A stretch of 64,000 nt of DNA from assembly GCA_963806855.1 (NCBI GenBank), contig CAWDYW010000001.1:1184001-1248000 (forward strand), in the 5' to 3' direction. The notes below the pieces were generated by a model, which had not been told where the DNA came from, did not search any database, and was given only the letters and a program-made list of their open reading frames with translations. Positions 1 through 11,297 of this stretch are shown here, piece by piece (the first letter of the stretch is position 1; every line of letters begins with the position of its first letter). The stretch is from an uncultured Verrucomicrobiae bacterium (GTDB taxonomy: Bacteria; Chlamydiota; Chlamydiia; Chlamydiales; Rhabdochlamydiaceae). A program made the translations under genes and the position numbers.

Positions 1-456
1 TTCGAAAAAGGGAAAACCTATTTGGCTGTCATCCATACGAATAAAGGGGATATCACCTGCAAACTCATGACTAATGAGGCCCCCCTCTCCGTCACAAACT
101 TCATCACCCTGGCCAAAGGGGGATTCTACAATGGACTCACATTTCACCGAGTCGTTCCTGGCTTCGTTGTTCAAGGGGGAGATCCGGAAGGGACTGGCCG
201 CGGCGGACCTGGATATACTGTTAAGGCGGAGATCGGACCCTTACATAAACAGGGTGCGCTCGCTTGGGCTCGCCTGCCTGATACGGTGAACCCAGAAAGA
301 AAATCAAGCGGTTCTCAGTTCTACATTGCATTGGAAGATTTGCCTTCCTTGGATGGGGATTATACAGTTTTCGGGCAAACAATCGCCGGAATGGATGTGG
401 TCAAAAAGATCCGAATTGGCGATAAAATCGAAAAAATCGACATCAAAATTGAGTAA
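1..456 (+). CDS. Cyclophilin-type peptidyl-prolyl cis-trans isomerase (5' end outside the window)
   Basis: FYNGLTFHRVVPGFVVQGGDP, GSQFYI and YTVFG motifs; the frame is open from base 1. Confidence 0.95.
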   Translation, partial: FEKGKTYLAVIHTNKGDITCKLMTNEAPLSVTNFITLAKGGFYNGLTFHRVVPGFVVQGGDPEGTGRGGPGYTVKAEIGPLHKQGALAWARLPDTVNPERKSSGSQFYIALEDLPSLDGDYTVFGQTIAGMDVVKKIRIGDKIEKIDIKIE

Positions 457-711
457 TTTTTTGGTCAAAAATCGGGTCAATTAAAATTTTTTTTATTTAA
501 TTTCTCGGTCTAAAAAAACCGCTCATACTATCTTCTAAAAAGGAAATTTCGGAACTCGTTTTTTTTAAAAATTGATATTTTTAAAATTTTTTTTTCTTTT
601 TAAATAAAAATTTATTATATTGAGGGGTGTAGGAGAAAAAGAGTGGAGAGGCCATAAGCGATAAAGGCCCCAAATAAAAATCCTATACATGCAAACAAGG
701 AGAAATTGTCC

Positions 712-927
712 ATGGCCGTAAAAAGAAAAAAAGCAGCTAAGAAGACTGCACGTAAAACAGCTCGTAGAAAGACTGCGAGAAAAACAGCTCGTAAAACTAC
801 ACGCAGAAAAACTGCACGTAAAACTGCACGCAAAACTGCTCGTAAAACAGCTCGTAAAACAGCTCGCAGAAAAACTGCAAAACGAAGAACTAAAAAAGCT
901 GTGACTCCAGTAATGGGTGGTCAGTAA
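712..927 (+). CDS. Histone H1-like Lys/Arg-rich DNA-binding protein (Hc2/HctB-like)
   Basis: Tandem KTAR/KTARR repeats, no acidic residues; AAGGAG RBS at 697-702 before the ATG at 712. Confidence 0.8.
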   Translation: MAVKRKKAAKKTARKTARRKTARKTARKTTRRKTARKTARKTARKTARKTARRKTAKRRTKKAVTPVMGGQ

Positions 928-992
928 TTAACTCAGCCCTGGTGAGTGCTTAAGTCGCTGCGCTAGCAGCGCTTAAGTTTATTCAATCATTG

Positions 993-1025
993 GCGAGCAA
1001 GTTCAGGGCTTGCTCGTTTTTTTTT
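993..1025 (+). terminator. Rho-independent terminator after the histone-like gene
   Basis: CGAGCAAG / CTTGCTCG stem followed by a T9 tract. Confidence 0.8.
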
Positions 1026-1039
1026 ATCCAATACTAAGA

Positions 1040-1115
1040 CCTATTTTCAACGCAAAGGCGCCAAGACGCAAAAAAAAATAATTTTTTTTATCTTTGCGTC
1101 GTTGCGTTGAATAGG
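1040..1115. repeat. REP-like palindrome family B, copy 1 (AACGCAAAG-GCGCCAAG-ACGCAAA ... TTTGCGTC-GTTGCGTT)
   Basis: Imperfect inverted repeat with an A/T-rich loop; homologous to 44599-44688. Confidence 0.75.
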
Positions 1116-1216
1116 AGAACCCAATTATGCATAGCAACGCCCTGAGCTTTAGTTATATGTTAAAATAACGATATTCTCTAATTGGAATTTTAAGCAAGAA
1201 GAGGTAATTGTAGAGT

Positions 1217-1978
1217 ATGAAAATAGCAATCATCGGATGCGGCGTGATGGGCAGTGCATTTGCTCGTCACTTTGCCAAAAGAGGGCATGAACTTGTCCTT
1301 TGCGATCATTTTGTTCCCAAAGGGGAGGAGCTTGCAAAAGAGCTCAAGGCGAAGTTTCATACTGCTCCAAATGAGGCGGTTAAGGGGGCTGAGGTTGTCT
1401 TACTCGCCATTAAACCCAAAGACCTTGGAAAAATCAAAGAGGGCCTCGAAGGGAAGATTGTGATTAGCATTTTAGCGGCAGTGACCCTTGAGAAGTTGAA
1501 AGAGAAGTTTCCGAAAGCGACCATCGTCCGGGCGATGCCCAATTTGGCTCTCACATGTGGCGAAGCTGTCACAGCTTTGGTGGGAGATGTCTCATTGGAG
1601 GTTCGGGCCCAAGTCGATGAATTACTCGCTGGGACAGGACTCATTTTTTGGACGCAAGAAGAGAAAATTGACCCGATATCAGCACTCGCCGGCTCGGGGC
1701 CTGCCTTCGTCTTAGCGATGATTGAGGCGATGATCGAAAGTGGAATTGAAATGGGGCTTCCCGCAGCAGAGTCACAAGCTCTGGTATTACAGACGATCTT
1801 GGGTGCAGTGGCTCTATTGAAAGCTAATCCAGGACATCCCGGAGCGATCCGCTGGCAAATTTCTGCGCCAGGCGGGACAACGATTGCGGGGCAAGCTGCA
1901 TTTGAAGAGAGCGGAGTCCGGTCAGGGATCAGGAAGACGATCTTGGCGACATATCATAGGAATAAGGAGCTATCATGA
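1217..1978 (+). CDS. proC: Pyrroline-5-carboxylate reductase
   Basis: IGCGVMG Rossmann motif, VRAMPN, ALAGSGPAF, SAPGGTT. Confidence 0.95.
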   Translation: MKIAIIGCGVMGSAFARHFAKRGHELVLCDHFVPKGEELAKELKAKFHTAPNEAVKGAEVVLLAIKPKDLGKIKEGLEGKIVISILAAVTLEKLKEKFPKATIVRAMPNLALTCGEAVTALVGDVSLEVRAQVDELLAGTGLIFWTQEEKIDPISALAGSGPAFVLAMIEAMIESGIEMGLPAAESQALVLQTILGAVALLKANPGHPGAIRWQISAPGGTTIAGQAAFEESGVRSGIRKTILATYHRNKELS

Positions 1979-2739
1979 AAGTAGTCATTCTCAATAAGGA
2001 TGTTCGCCGCAATATCGAGCTGTTTCGGCAGCTGGTCCATCGTCAAGGACAAAAACGGGAGCAGCTCTTGCAGAGCATCAAAAAAGGTTATAAAGCCTTT
2101 ATTAACCTCAAAACGGGGCAGCTCAAATTTCCTGAACTAAAAGAGGGGAATTTCTCGAGAGAAGAGTGGAAAGCGGTGATCATTGAACTACACCCGACTA
2201 AAGAGGGGGCATTTGATGTGGTTTCTGCTGATGGAAAAGAGGTATTTGATGTTGCAGAGCTAAAAAGCGCTGCCTATGAACTATTTGTCAAGACACTCAA
2301 AACTTTAAATGAGCTCACCTATGACCCTAAACATGTTCGGGATGCTTTGTGGATCCTGCGCCAATTCGCTCAAATCGATTTCGTCCTCAGCGACCAAGAA
2401 GAGGGAGTCCGCAATCTGGTGCACGATGCCTGGTATAACGTCGACAGGCTAGAAGCTGAAGAGCTCCTTAGCGGAAAAGTCTTTGGAACCTATCTCTTCC
2501 GCAAGGATCTGTTTGCTCAAGATTTAGAGGATACGATCAATGAGACTTCCTTCTCACCCGTGACCTGCATCACGCTGACCTACACCGAAAAAAACGATAA
2601 AATCTCCGAGAAAACGCTGGTTTACAAAGAGGGAAAATGGCTCTTTTATGACGACGATCCAACTCTTTCTGGGCATGGGTACGATTCAGTGAAGGAACTG
2701 CTTGAGAAAAAGGCTAAGATGCTGCAGCAGCCTCTGTAG
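1975..2739 (+). CDS. Protein with a C-terminal SH2-like domain
   Basis: WYNVDRLEAEELLSGKVFGTYLFRKD ... YDSVKELL matches the SH2 pattern W-x5-R-x-EAEELL-x5-G-T-F-L-V-R and F-x-S-L-x-EL; ATGA overlap with the proC stop. Confidence 0.7.
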   Translation: MKVVILNKDVRRNIELFRQLVHRQGQKREQLLQSIKKGYKAFINLKTGQLKFPELKEGNFSREEWKAVIIELHPTKEGAFDVVSADGKEVFDVAELKSAAYELFVKTLKTLNELTYDPKHVRDALWILRQFAQIDFVLSDQEEGVRNLVHDAWYNVDRLEAEELLSGKVFGTYLFRKDLFAQDLEDTINETSFSPVTCITLTYTEKNDKISEKTLVYKEGKWLFYDDDPTLSGHGYDSVKELLEKKAKMLQQPL

Positions 2740-3730
2740 GGCTAATTGCCGCGATCTTATCATAGAATTTCTCCACCTGCTGTTCATAGCCCCCTTTTTG
2801 GACGATAAATTTGAGGACTACTGCTGCCGCAGTACCGACCCCCATCGCGATGAAGAAGGGGAGCGTCCCAAATCCAGTAAACATGCTGAGCGCACTGAGC
2901 AACGTGAAGAAAATCGCAATCAGCCCGAGCACGTGGATTAAGATTTTGGTTTTGGCTTGGGTCGAGACCGATTCCATCAAGAGTTCAACTCTCTGGGCAG
3001 CATCCAGGCGTATCGTCTCATCGGGACTGGTCAAATCCTTCATTGTAGAATCAAGCTGTTTTTTGACCTCGTCTGCAAGCCCTGGGGTAATGCGTCTTTT
3101 CAAATTCTCAAATTTCACTTCTAGAGCTTTTTGTGCAATTTGATCAAATCGTTCTGCTTTTGAAGTCCGATCTAATTCGGGTAATTTCTCTTCTATTAGC
3201 GAGCAGATTTTATCCGATTCTTCTGGCTGGAGTGTGAAGTAGCGATCTTTCATCCAATCAAGTTGATTTAATGCCGATTTCTCTTTGCTGATCCCTTGAA
3301 GAAGTTCAATGCCTCTACGCATGTTGATGAATTCGAAGATTCCCTCGATAATCCCGATGACAAAGAAAAAAATCGAAGAGGGGATTAGGACAACTTTCAA
3401 CGCTGCCGGGATGAACCAGAAAGGCCCATTTTTGACGATATTGAGATGGAAAAGACCATCAGCGATCATCGCCCCTTGCATGGTGCCGACCACGACAAGT
3501 ACTCCCTTGTCGAGCAGCCATGTTCCTTTTTCGACGATTTCGAGATGTCTCTCATAGTCACGGAATAGTATCGCTTTTCCCCAATTGACTACATGATCGA
3601 CAAAGGTCTTTTGCGCAATGGCGGAAACGGCCTCTGATTCACGGCGCAAAGGGGCCGATCCCAGGTAGGGATTAATGTACTGTAATTCCCTGTTATTTTC
3701 AATTCCGCTTGCAAACATAATTAACCTCAT
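2714..3730 (-). CDS. Hypothetical membrane protein, Inc-like (paired hydrophobic hairpins and a helical middle region)
   Basis: Two long bilobed hydrophobic segments; no recognised enzymatic motif; start may be at 3718. Confidence 0.6.
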   Translation of the reverse strand: MRLIMFASGIENNRELQYINPYLGSAPLRRESEAVSAIAQKTFVDHVVNWGKAILFRDYERHLEIVEKGTWLLDKGVLVVVGTMQGAMIADGLFHLNIVKNGPFWFIPAALKVVLIPSSIFFFVIGIIEGIFEFINMRRGIELLQGISKEKSALNQLDWMKDRYFTLQPEESDKICSLIEEKLPELDRTSKAERFDQIAQKALEVKFENLKRRITPGLADEVKKQLDSTMKDLTSPDETIRLDAAQRVELLMESVSTQAKTKILIHVLGLIAIFFTLLSALSMFTGFGTLPFFIAMGVGTAAAVVLKFIVQKGGYEQQVEKFYDKIAAISPTEAAAAS

Positions 3731-3835
3731 GAATTATTATACTACAATTAACATATTCTAAACAATTGCTAATAAATACTTTGCTGTTGAATCTTTTTTT
3801 GATTTGGTTAATCATGATGAGATTCCAGGAGGACT

Positions 3836-4468
3836 ATGAAAAAGATCGTGTTGTCCCTAGTAGGGATTTTTTTAACAATTAGTGGCTTTGCCCAAGATTA
3901 TAAGGCCAAGGACTTTTCCCATCTGGTCGGCATGCCAGGTTTTAGCGATGAGTTGCTTCAGCTCCACTTTAAGCTCTATCAGGGCTATGTGACCAATACC
4001 AATGCTCTCATCGGCCTCATCAAAGGCTATGCTGACAATACCCAAGCATACCAATATCAGGCTCTTAAACGACGCTTTGGCTGGGAATTCGACGGAATGA
4101 GGCTCCATGAGCTCTATTTTGGCAACCTTGGTGGCAAAAAAGGGGTGGAGCAAGGCTCTGCACTCTATAAAGCGATTGAGCGGGACTTTGGCTCCTTTGA
4201 AAATTGGAAAAAAGACTTTATAGCTACCGGCTTGATGCGGGGTGTCGGTTGGTCGATCCTCTATTTCGATCCGGTATCGGGGCGTCTCTTCAACGCCTGG
4301 ATCAATGAGCATGATGTGGGCCATCTGGCAAGCGGCGAGCCGATTCTCGTGATGGATGTTTGGGAACATGCCTACATCACCCAATATGGGCTCGATCGGG
4401 CTAAGTACATCGATGCCTTTTTTAAGAATATTAGCTGGGAAGTTGTCACGGGCCGCTTTCAACCATAA
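3836..4468 (+). CDS. Fe/Mn superoxide dismutase with an N-terminal signal peptide
   Basis: LHFKLYQGYV, LHELYF and DVWEHAY metal ligands; MKKIVLSLVGIFLTISGFA leader; GGAGG RBS. Confidence 0.9.
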   Translation: MKKIVLSLVGIFLTISGFAQDYKAKDFSHLVGMPGFSDELLQLHFKLYQGYVTNTNALIGLIKGYADNTQAYQYQALKRRFGWEFDGMRLHELYFGNLGGKKGVEQGSALYKAIERDFGSFENWKKDFIATGLMRGVGWSILYFDPVSGRLFNAWINEHDVGHLASGEPILVMDVWEHAYITQYGLDRAKYIDAFFKNISWEVVTGRFQP

Positions 4469-5415
4469 TGTCGAAGTTTCCTAAAGCCCTACCTCTCGAT
4501 CGCAGCGTGATTAAATCCCGGCTGGCCCGCAGGAAAAAGCTCCTGTTGAGCGCACGTCGGGGCGTCATGCTGCGCGGCATCATCATTTTTGCGGAGTTTT
4601 TCGGGTTTGCATTCTTTGGCAGCTCAACTCTGCTCCTCGACGCCCTCTCCAACTCAGTCGACGCAATTGCCAGCATCGTCCTGATCTGGTGCATCCATAA
4701 GGCCGATCAGCCACCCGATGAAAAACATCCCCTGGGCCATGGTCGCTTTGAGCCCATCGCAGGACTTCTCATCGGCTTTTTGCTGGTCTTCCTCGGTATA
4801 GTGAGCACGATAGAGCAGATCAAGGGGGTCTTCACCGGAGAGGTGACAAGAGCCATTCCCAAACTCGCCATTGTGATCCCTCTCATGGCGGTTATTTTGC
4901 TTGAGATCTGCCATCAAATTCTCAAGAAGGCGGCCAAACAGAAGCATAGCCCAGCGCTCCTTGCCGATGCGGCACACTACCGGATCGACGCCCTAACTAG
5001 CTTTTTTGCTCTGATCGTCCTCTGCCTGGTCGCCCTTTTTCCAGCCGAAGCTCATATTTTCGACCATCTTGGTGCGATTTCCATTGCCCTCTTCATGATC
5101 GGCGGCGGGGTGATCGCAGCTTACAAAAACATCAATCAGCTCATCGATCGTGCCCCACCGCCTGAAATGGTCGAAACAGTGCGTACAGCCGCCCTTAAAG
5201 TGCATGGAATACTCGCTACAGAGAAAATTAGGCTCCAAGTCTACGGCCCCGACGCATTCGTCGCCATCGATGTCGAAATGGACCCCGATCTATCGGTTGA
5301 AGAGTCGCATAAAATCACCCAAAGAGTGCGCCGCGCGATCCAAACAGCGTGGCCATCTGTCCGCGATGTGATCGTCCATGTCGAACCCTACTACCCTGGC
5401 GACCATGAATCCTGA
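4468..5415 (+). CDS. Cation diffusion facilitator (FieF-like) metal efflux transporter
   Basis: [38 protein letters not shown]. Confidence 0.92.
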   Translation: MSKFPKALPLDRSVIKSRLARRKKLLLSARRGVMLRGIIIFAEFFGFAFFGSSTLLLDALSNSVDAIASIVLIWCIHKADQPPDEKHPLGHGRFEPIAGLLIGFLLVFLGIVSTIEQIKGVFTGEVTRAIPKLAIVIPLMAVILLEICHQILKKAAKQKHSPALLADAAHYRIDALTSFFALIVLCLVALFPAEAHIFDHLGAISIALFMIGGGVIAAYKNINQLIDRAPPPEMVETVRTAALKVHGILATEKIRLQVYGPDAFVAIDVEMDPDLSVEESHKITQRVRRAIQTAWPSVRDVIVHVEPYYPGDHES

Positions 5416-5737
5416 AGAAGAAAAACTCCTCGCCGAATGTGAAGTCCAAACCTATAAAGCCAGCGGGGCAGGTGGGCAGCATGTCCAAAAAACCGATAGC
5501 GCCGTCCGTCTGATCCACCTGCCGACCGGCATCCGGGTCACCTCCCAGCAAGAGCGGAGCCAGCTCCTCAACAAGAAAATCTGCCTTGAGAAACTGCGCA
5601 AAAAGCTCGAAGCCCTAGCCAAAAAGAAGAAAAAGCGGATCCCGACTAAAAAGCCGAAAGGGGCAAAAGAGAAGGTGCTGACCCAAAAGCACAAGCGATC
5701 TGAAATCAAACGATACAGATCGAGTAAAGAGGAATAA
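5405..5737 (+). CDS. Peptidyl-tRNA hydrolase / ribosome-rescue factor (ArfB-like, GGQ domain)
   Basis: [26 protein letters not shown] and a basic C-terminal tail. Confidence 0.85.
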   Translation: MNPEEEKLLAECEVQTYKASGAGGQHVQKTDSAVRLIHLPTGIRVTSQQERSQLLNKKICLEKLRKKLEALAKKKKKRIPTKKPKGAKEKVLTQKHKRSEIKRYRSSKEE

Positions 5738-5841
5738 TCTACGATCAAATTTTTCTTCTTTTAGAAAGACCATTTTGAGTATCATTTGCTCCTTTTCCTT
5801 TGGATTGTAAGGAAGTCAATTGAGCTTATAACGGGTTGCCA

Positions 5842-8800
5842 ATGAAGCGATATTTAATAGGTCTGGTGTTGGGCTGTTGCTGCTTTATACAGCATGCGAT
5901 TGCAAAAGAAAGCCCTCTTAGCAGTGTATATCTAGGATCAAGAGAGAGTGATCCTGCAAGCTTAGTCGAAAATGTGAGTATTATTCATGGCGATTACTCG
6001 GAGGTAGAGGTTGATCTTATGGTCGCTGCCCCAGATTCTCTCATTCTCTCCAGGTTCTATAGCAGCCGAGATACCACCCAGATAGCCAATTTCGGCGGCT
6101 GGCGGTTTAACCCGCATTGTTTTCTCTATGTTCAGAAAGATCCTAAGGGGAAATCTTATACAAACGCTGAAGGCAAATTTGAACGTACCTACGTCTACGT
6201 CGGTAATCCCGATGGAATCATCCTGACTTACGTCGGCTGGCAGAATACAACAAACCCTTCTAAGAGGATTTTATTCAAAATTGATCCAGAAGGAGAAGTG
6301 AGCGGACTAGCGAATACAGCAAAGGGAAATATCGGCTGCTGGACAAACCTGAAAAACAATGAGCTATATTTTAATCCTCAGACTAATAGCTTTGAATTGA
6401 TGCTTTGCTCGGAAGGGAAGCGTTTCTATAGCAAGCATCCTGCCTTAGATGTCTATTTTATCACGCAAGAAATCCTCCCGAGCGGCAATAAGGTATTTTA
6501 TGAATTCGATGAAAAAGGACAGCTATCTTTCATCAAAGAAACCAATGCATTAGAAAAGAAGGTACTTGCTTGGATCAAAATCGAATATGGAAACGGGATT
6601 CATATTAAGACAAGTGATGGAAAAACAGCTGACTACCACTTCCAACAAGATTCATCAGGAGTCATGCTCTTAAGCGAGGTGATTAGATCTGATAAGCCGA
6701 ATTTAGCTTACCAGTATCAAGTCATAGATAATCAAGCTCTTTTAGTGAAAAAAACGCTGCCTGAAGGGCGTTTTGTACAGGTGGACTATTACACTGATAA
6801 AGCACAGAAAAACAAAGCCAGATCGGTTACTACTCCAGCCGGAATACGAGGAACAGCTAGTGTAGAATTTTCCTATGGAGATAATTACACAGAAGTCAAT
6901 GGCCCCGGAGAGAGAAAAACAGTATATCACTTTGATGACGATTATCAGCTCGTTGCTATTGAGCAATATCTAGAAGGGTCTCTTTATCGCATTCATAGAA
7001 AATCATGGGGGACAAAGAGCGATGCAGGAAACCTCATTTCTACATCTGTTGAGGATGCAAGCGGTAATATCTACTATTACAAGCACTTTACTTATGACAG
7101 CAAAGACAAAGGAAATATAGTTGAAGAAAGGGAATATGGAGATGTCATCGGCCTCGGAGCTACCCCTCTTATTGTTGATGAGAACGGCCTTGTAACAAAT
7201 CAAGATGGCCACATCAAGAATTATTCCTACTTCTCTGGTAAGAATACCCATGGTTTTTTTCAAACAGATGCAAAAGGGACTGGAGTCAAATACTGGTATA
7301 AAAAGGGGACCAATCTTCTCCTTAAAAAATTCATCCTAACCAAAGGGTCTCCAGATTCAGAAGAGGAAGATTACAGATCTGGAATAAAAGAGAGGCATTT
7401 TTATACTTATAACGACGATGCTGCCTTAATTCAAGTCCTCGTCGATGATGGAAACCAAGGGACCCTCAAAGATGACTATAGGGTTCCCGAAAGAACCATC
7501 ACCCATATTTCTCCTAAACAGGATCTTCCTAATGTAGGAGCCCCTGAAGTGATCGAGCAAAAGTATAGCTCTACAGAGGAAAAGTCGGAAGTCCTCTTAA
7601 AAAGAACAGTCAATCAGTTCGATGGGCAGGGAAATATTGTTTCTCAGTCTGTCTATGATGCCAATGAGAACCATTGCTTTACAATTACCAAGGGATACGC
7701 TCACGGATTACTCGTATTAGAAACGGATCCACTTGGCAATGAAACGCATTACGCTTACGACGCAAACCAGAATCTAATCCTAGAAGCTCACTCAGATACA
7801 GGTATTTCCATTGAATACGGTTATGATTTGAGAAATAGTCTTGTTTCTACCTTGGAAAAAGACAAGACGGGGAATCGCTTTGAGACTCAGGTGACCTACG
7901 ATCCTTCCGGCAATAAACTCTCTGAGATCGATCGATTTGGCAATGAGACCGCCTACGTCAACGATTCTCTTGGACGTCCCGTTCAAATTACTTACCCTGA
8001 TGGTGTTCGTTCTTCTTCAAGGCCCACATACACTTATACTTATGATCTGTTCGACAATCCTATCTCAGTAACAGACCCAAAAGGAAGAACCCTAACAAGA
8101 CTATATAATGTCCAAGGGAAACCGATAGAAATCAACCATCTCAACGGAACAAAAGAATTATTCAGATATGACAGCGGGGGGAACCTTCACCATTATTATG
8201 GAATGGATGGTCTTCTGCAGGTGTTTGCTTATGATTACAAGGGACGCCTAAATAAGCTTGAGTACTTTAAGCGTGGAAGCAAGAGTTCTAAGTACCCATT
8301 CAAGGAAAAAACTTATAGTTATGGAGCTTTCCACAAAACCTCGGAGACAGACGAAAGAGGAACGGAAACGACTTACACCTATGGTCCTTCAGGACGGCTA
8401 ACAACTTTCAATAAAGACAATCAAAAAGTCGAATTTATCTATGACAGTCTTGGCAGAACTCATGGGGTAAAAAAATGGAAATCTGCAAAAACCTTCACTC
8501 TCGAGATCAAAGAATACGATCTTTTAGACAGGGTCGTTGAAGAGCGCACTGAAGATCAAAGTGGCAAAGTATTGCTCAAGAATAGGTACGTCTATAATGC
8601 TGCAGGGCAGCTTGCTCAGGTTATCGGCTACCCGCAGAACAAAGAAAGTATCCTACTTAAGTACGAGTATGATGGATTTGGGCGTCTCCGCAAGGCAACC
8701 AATGCGGCAGGCCATGTGACTGTCATCATCTATGACGATGCTTATATCAATGAATGGGGTCAAAAAACACGCAAACGTACTCTCATTGATCCTATGGGTA

Positions 8801-11297
8801 ACCAGGCAGAAGAGATTTTTGATGTAGATGACCAATTGATCAAGATGAGCAAAAAAGACAAATTTGGACAGATTTTGGCTGACTTGGAATCATCTTATGA
8901 CAGTTTAGGAAATAAAATTACTGAACGGGAACTTGTCCTTTCCGCCAATGCGACAACTGGAAACTATGAAACAGAGTGGTCGTTGAACCAATCGGATCAA
9001 ATCGAATCGTTCACCTTTAGGAAAGGGGACTCCGGAAGAACGTACGGTGAGGTTTGAATACAATTCCTATGGAGACATCGCGGCAAAATATAATCAAGGC
9101 TCTAAAGAACCAATTACTTATCGGTATGACAGTGAAGGAAACCTAGACACCATTTCTTACAAAGAGGGAAAAAAGGAGATCGACTATAAGCTTTCTTACG
9201 ATCGCCATAAGAATATCACCGAAGTCTCTTTAGATACCTCGTTCACCATCGGCTATTCTTTCAATGCTCATGATATGGCATTGACTGAAACAATCAAGGA
9301 TGAGTTTGGGTCTTATCAAGTGGGGCGCACTTATGATGGCGAAGGTAAAATCCAAACACTGCAATTGCCAGATGGTTCCTTCCTTGAGTACATCTATGAA
9401 GGTCCATTTGTCAAAGGGGCTAGACGTTTCAGCAAAGATAAAAAGGAACTCTATAACTATCAAATTGCCTCGAGAGACCTGATGGGCAATATTCTTGAGG
9501 AAATTTTACCAGGGCATCTAGGAAGCAGAAAACAGCTTTGGGATGAAGCCGGACGTAGGATAGAAATATCGACTGATTTCTTCCAAGATAGAGTGTTAGA
9601 GGGGGGATACGACCCTCTTGAGAATATCAAAAAACGGGAAACCATCTTAGATGATGAGGCGTACACAACCAACTATGATTACAATGCCATGGCCCAGCTT
9701 ATTCTTGTGAAAGGGGAAATTGAGCATAAGTATGCATATGATTCAATCGGCAATCGCCTTCAAAAAGACGGCTATGCTTATAAGGTCAACGGAGTCAATC
9801 AACTTATAGAGGCCGAAGGCGCCGTATATACTTTCCATCCGAATGGGAATCTCGCTACCAAAACCATTGGTAACAAAACGTGGATCTACCATAGTAATCA
9901 CCTGAATCAGATCGTCTCTATTAAAGATCCTGAACAAAACATCGTTAAATTCACTTATGATCAAGTGGAAAGCGGTTGACTAAACGGATTGAGGCTAAGG
10001 GAAAAAAGGCAAGAATATTCCGTTTCTTTTACTTAGGAGATACAGAAATTGGCTGCGTGGATGAAAAAGGGGTTGTCACCGAGCTAAAAGTCCCAAGCAA
10101 CCCCAACAATCCTGAAGCTCCCCAAGCGTTGCCATTGAACTCAGAAAAGAGACTTACATTCCTCTTTATGACCTACAGGGAAATATCGTCATGTCTTCTC
10201 GATCATCAAAGACGTAAAGTCATAGAAACCTATCGCTATTCTGTCCTATGGTGAAGAAGAGATCATCAATGAAAGAGGAAAGGCAGTCTCTGATTCTTCT
10301 GTCGGAAACCCTTGGAGATACCGAGGCAAGACGGGTCGATAAAGAGGTTGGTCTCATGTATTTTGGCTACCGTTATTATGATCCAGAAATGGGAAGATGG
10401 ATTAGTCCTGATCCCGCAGGGGCCATTGATGGCCCTAATCTCTACGCCTATGCTCACAATAATCCCATAAAATATGTCGATTATTTTGGCTTAAGTTCCA
10501 CGATCGATGAAAATTGTGGATGCACCCAGCATAACCATCCTGGGTGGCATCATGCCCCTGCAGACTGTGTCTGTATTTGTGGGAAGGATGGAAGCGGCTA
10601 TTTAGCAGGAAGCTATCGAAGCAAAATAGGGAGCGATATTGGGAGTGCTATCTGGGGAATTAGCCATGGGGTCGTGGATTTTGTGGTCATTTCTATACAT
10701 GATTTACAAACAACAGCAGCTTACATGGGAGCAGAGGAATTAGAACTAACCCAACATGAAAGAGAGCAGATGATTGAGACGATTGAGCTATCTCAAGAGC
10801 ACCATCAGGCTGTTATAGAAGACTGGATGATGGGCATACTTGACATTGATCAGTCAGATGCTGTTTACCAGTCCTTCCGATTTAATACTACAATGGGCTT
10901 GGAAATAGGTTCTTTAGTTGTCGGTGGTTATGGGGTAGTCAAAGGAGCCATAGGGTTTACAAAATTAGCTAAAATACCAATGCAAGTGGTTAAAACAACA
11001 AAAACTGCTGATTTTTTCGGCAGGGTTTTGATCAGCAATCCGCGGGTATCTATTACGCCCAAAAGCTATTTTTCTGGTAAAACTTATTCCGAGATGGAAC
11101 AAATTTTTATCAAAAAATTTGGAAGTCCAAAAGGAGTTGGCGCATATAACAAATCATTCTATAATGTAAAGACAGAAAGGACCTTCAATTTACATTGGGA
11201 CCCAGCTCATCGTGGTGGAAAGCCTCATATAGATATAAGAAAAAGAGGGCTACCTACTGACTATTACAAAAACACCCCTTTCTATTTAAAAGAATGA
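5842..11297 (+). pseudogene. Rhs/YD-repeat polymorphic toxin, split by single-base indels into ORFs 5836-9057, 9047-9979, 9976-10254 and 10248-11297 (true decay or assembly error)
   Basis: Signal peptide, many YD repeats, Rhs core GLMYFGYRYYDPEMGRWISPDP...NLYAYAHNNP...DYFG, variable C-terminus; a continuous reading frame can be restored by about 6 single-base edits. Confidence 0.85.

Noticed and set aside
615..833. Antisense and alternate-frame ORFs (e.g. 615-833, 3872-4462, 11738-12067, 22239-22790, 42261-42821, 44599-44877)
   Set aside because: They are shadows of well-supported genes or translations of repeats, with no independent motifs.
735..900. Short tandem DNA repeats (AAAACTGCACGT-like) as a possible CRISPR or VNTR
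   Set aside because: There are no unique spacers; these are codon-level repeats of the KTAR protein motif.
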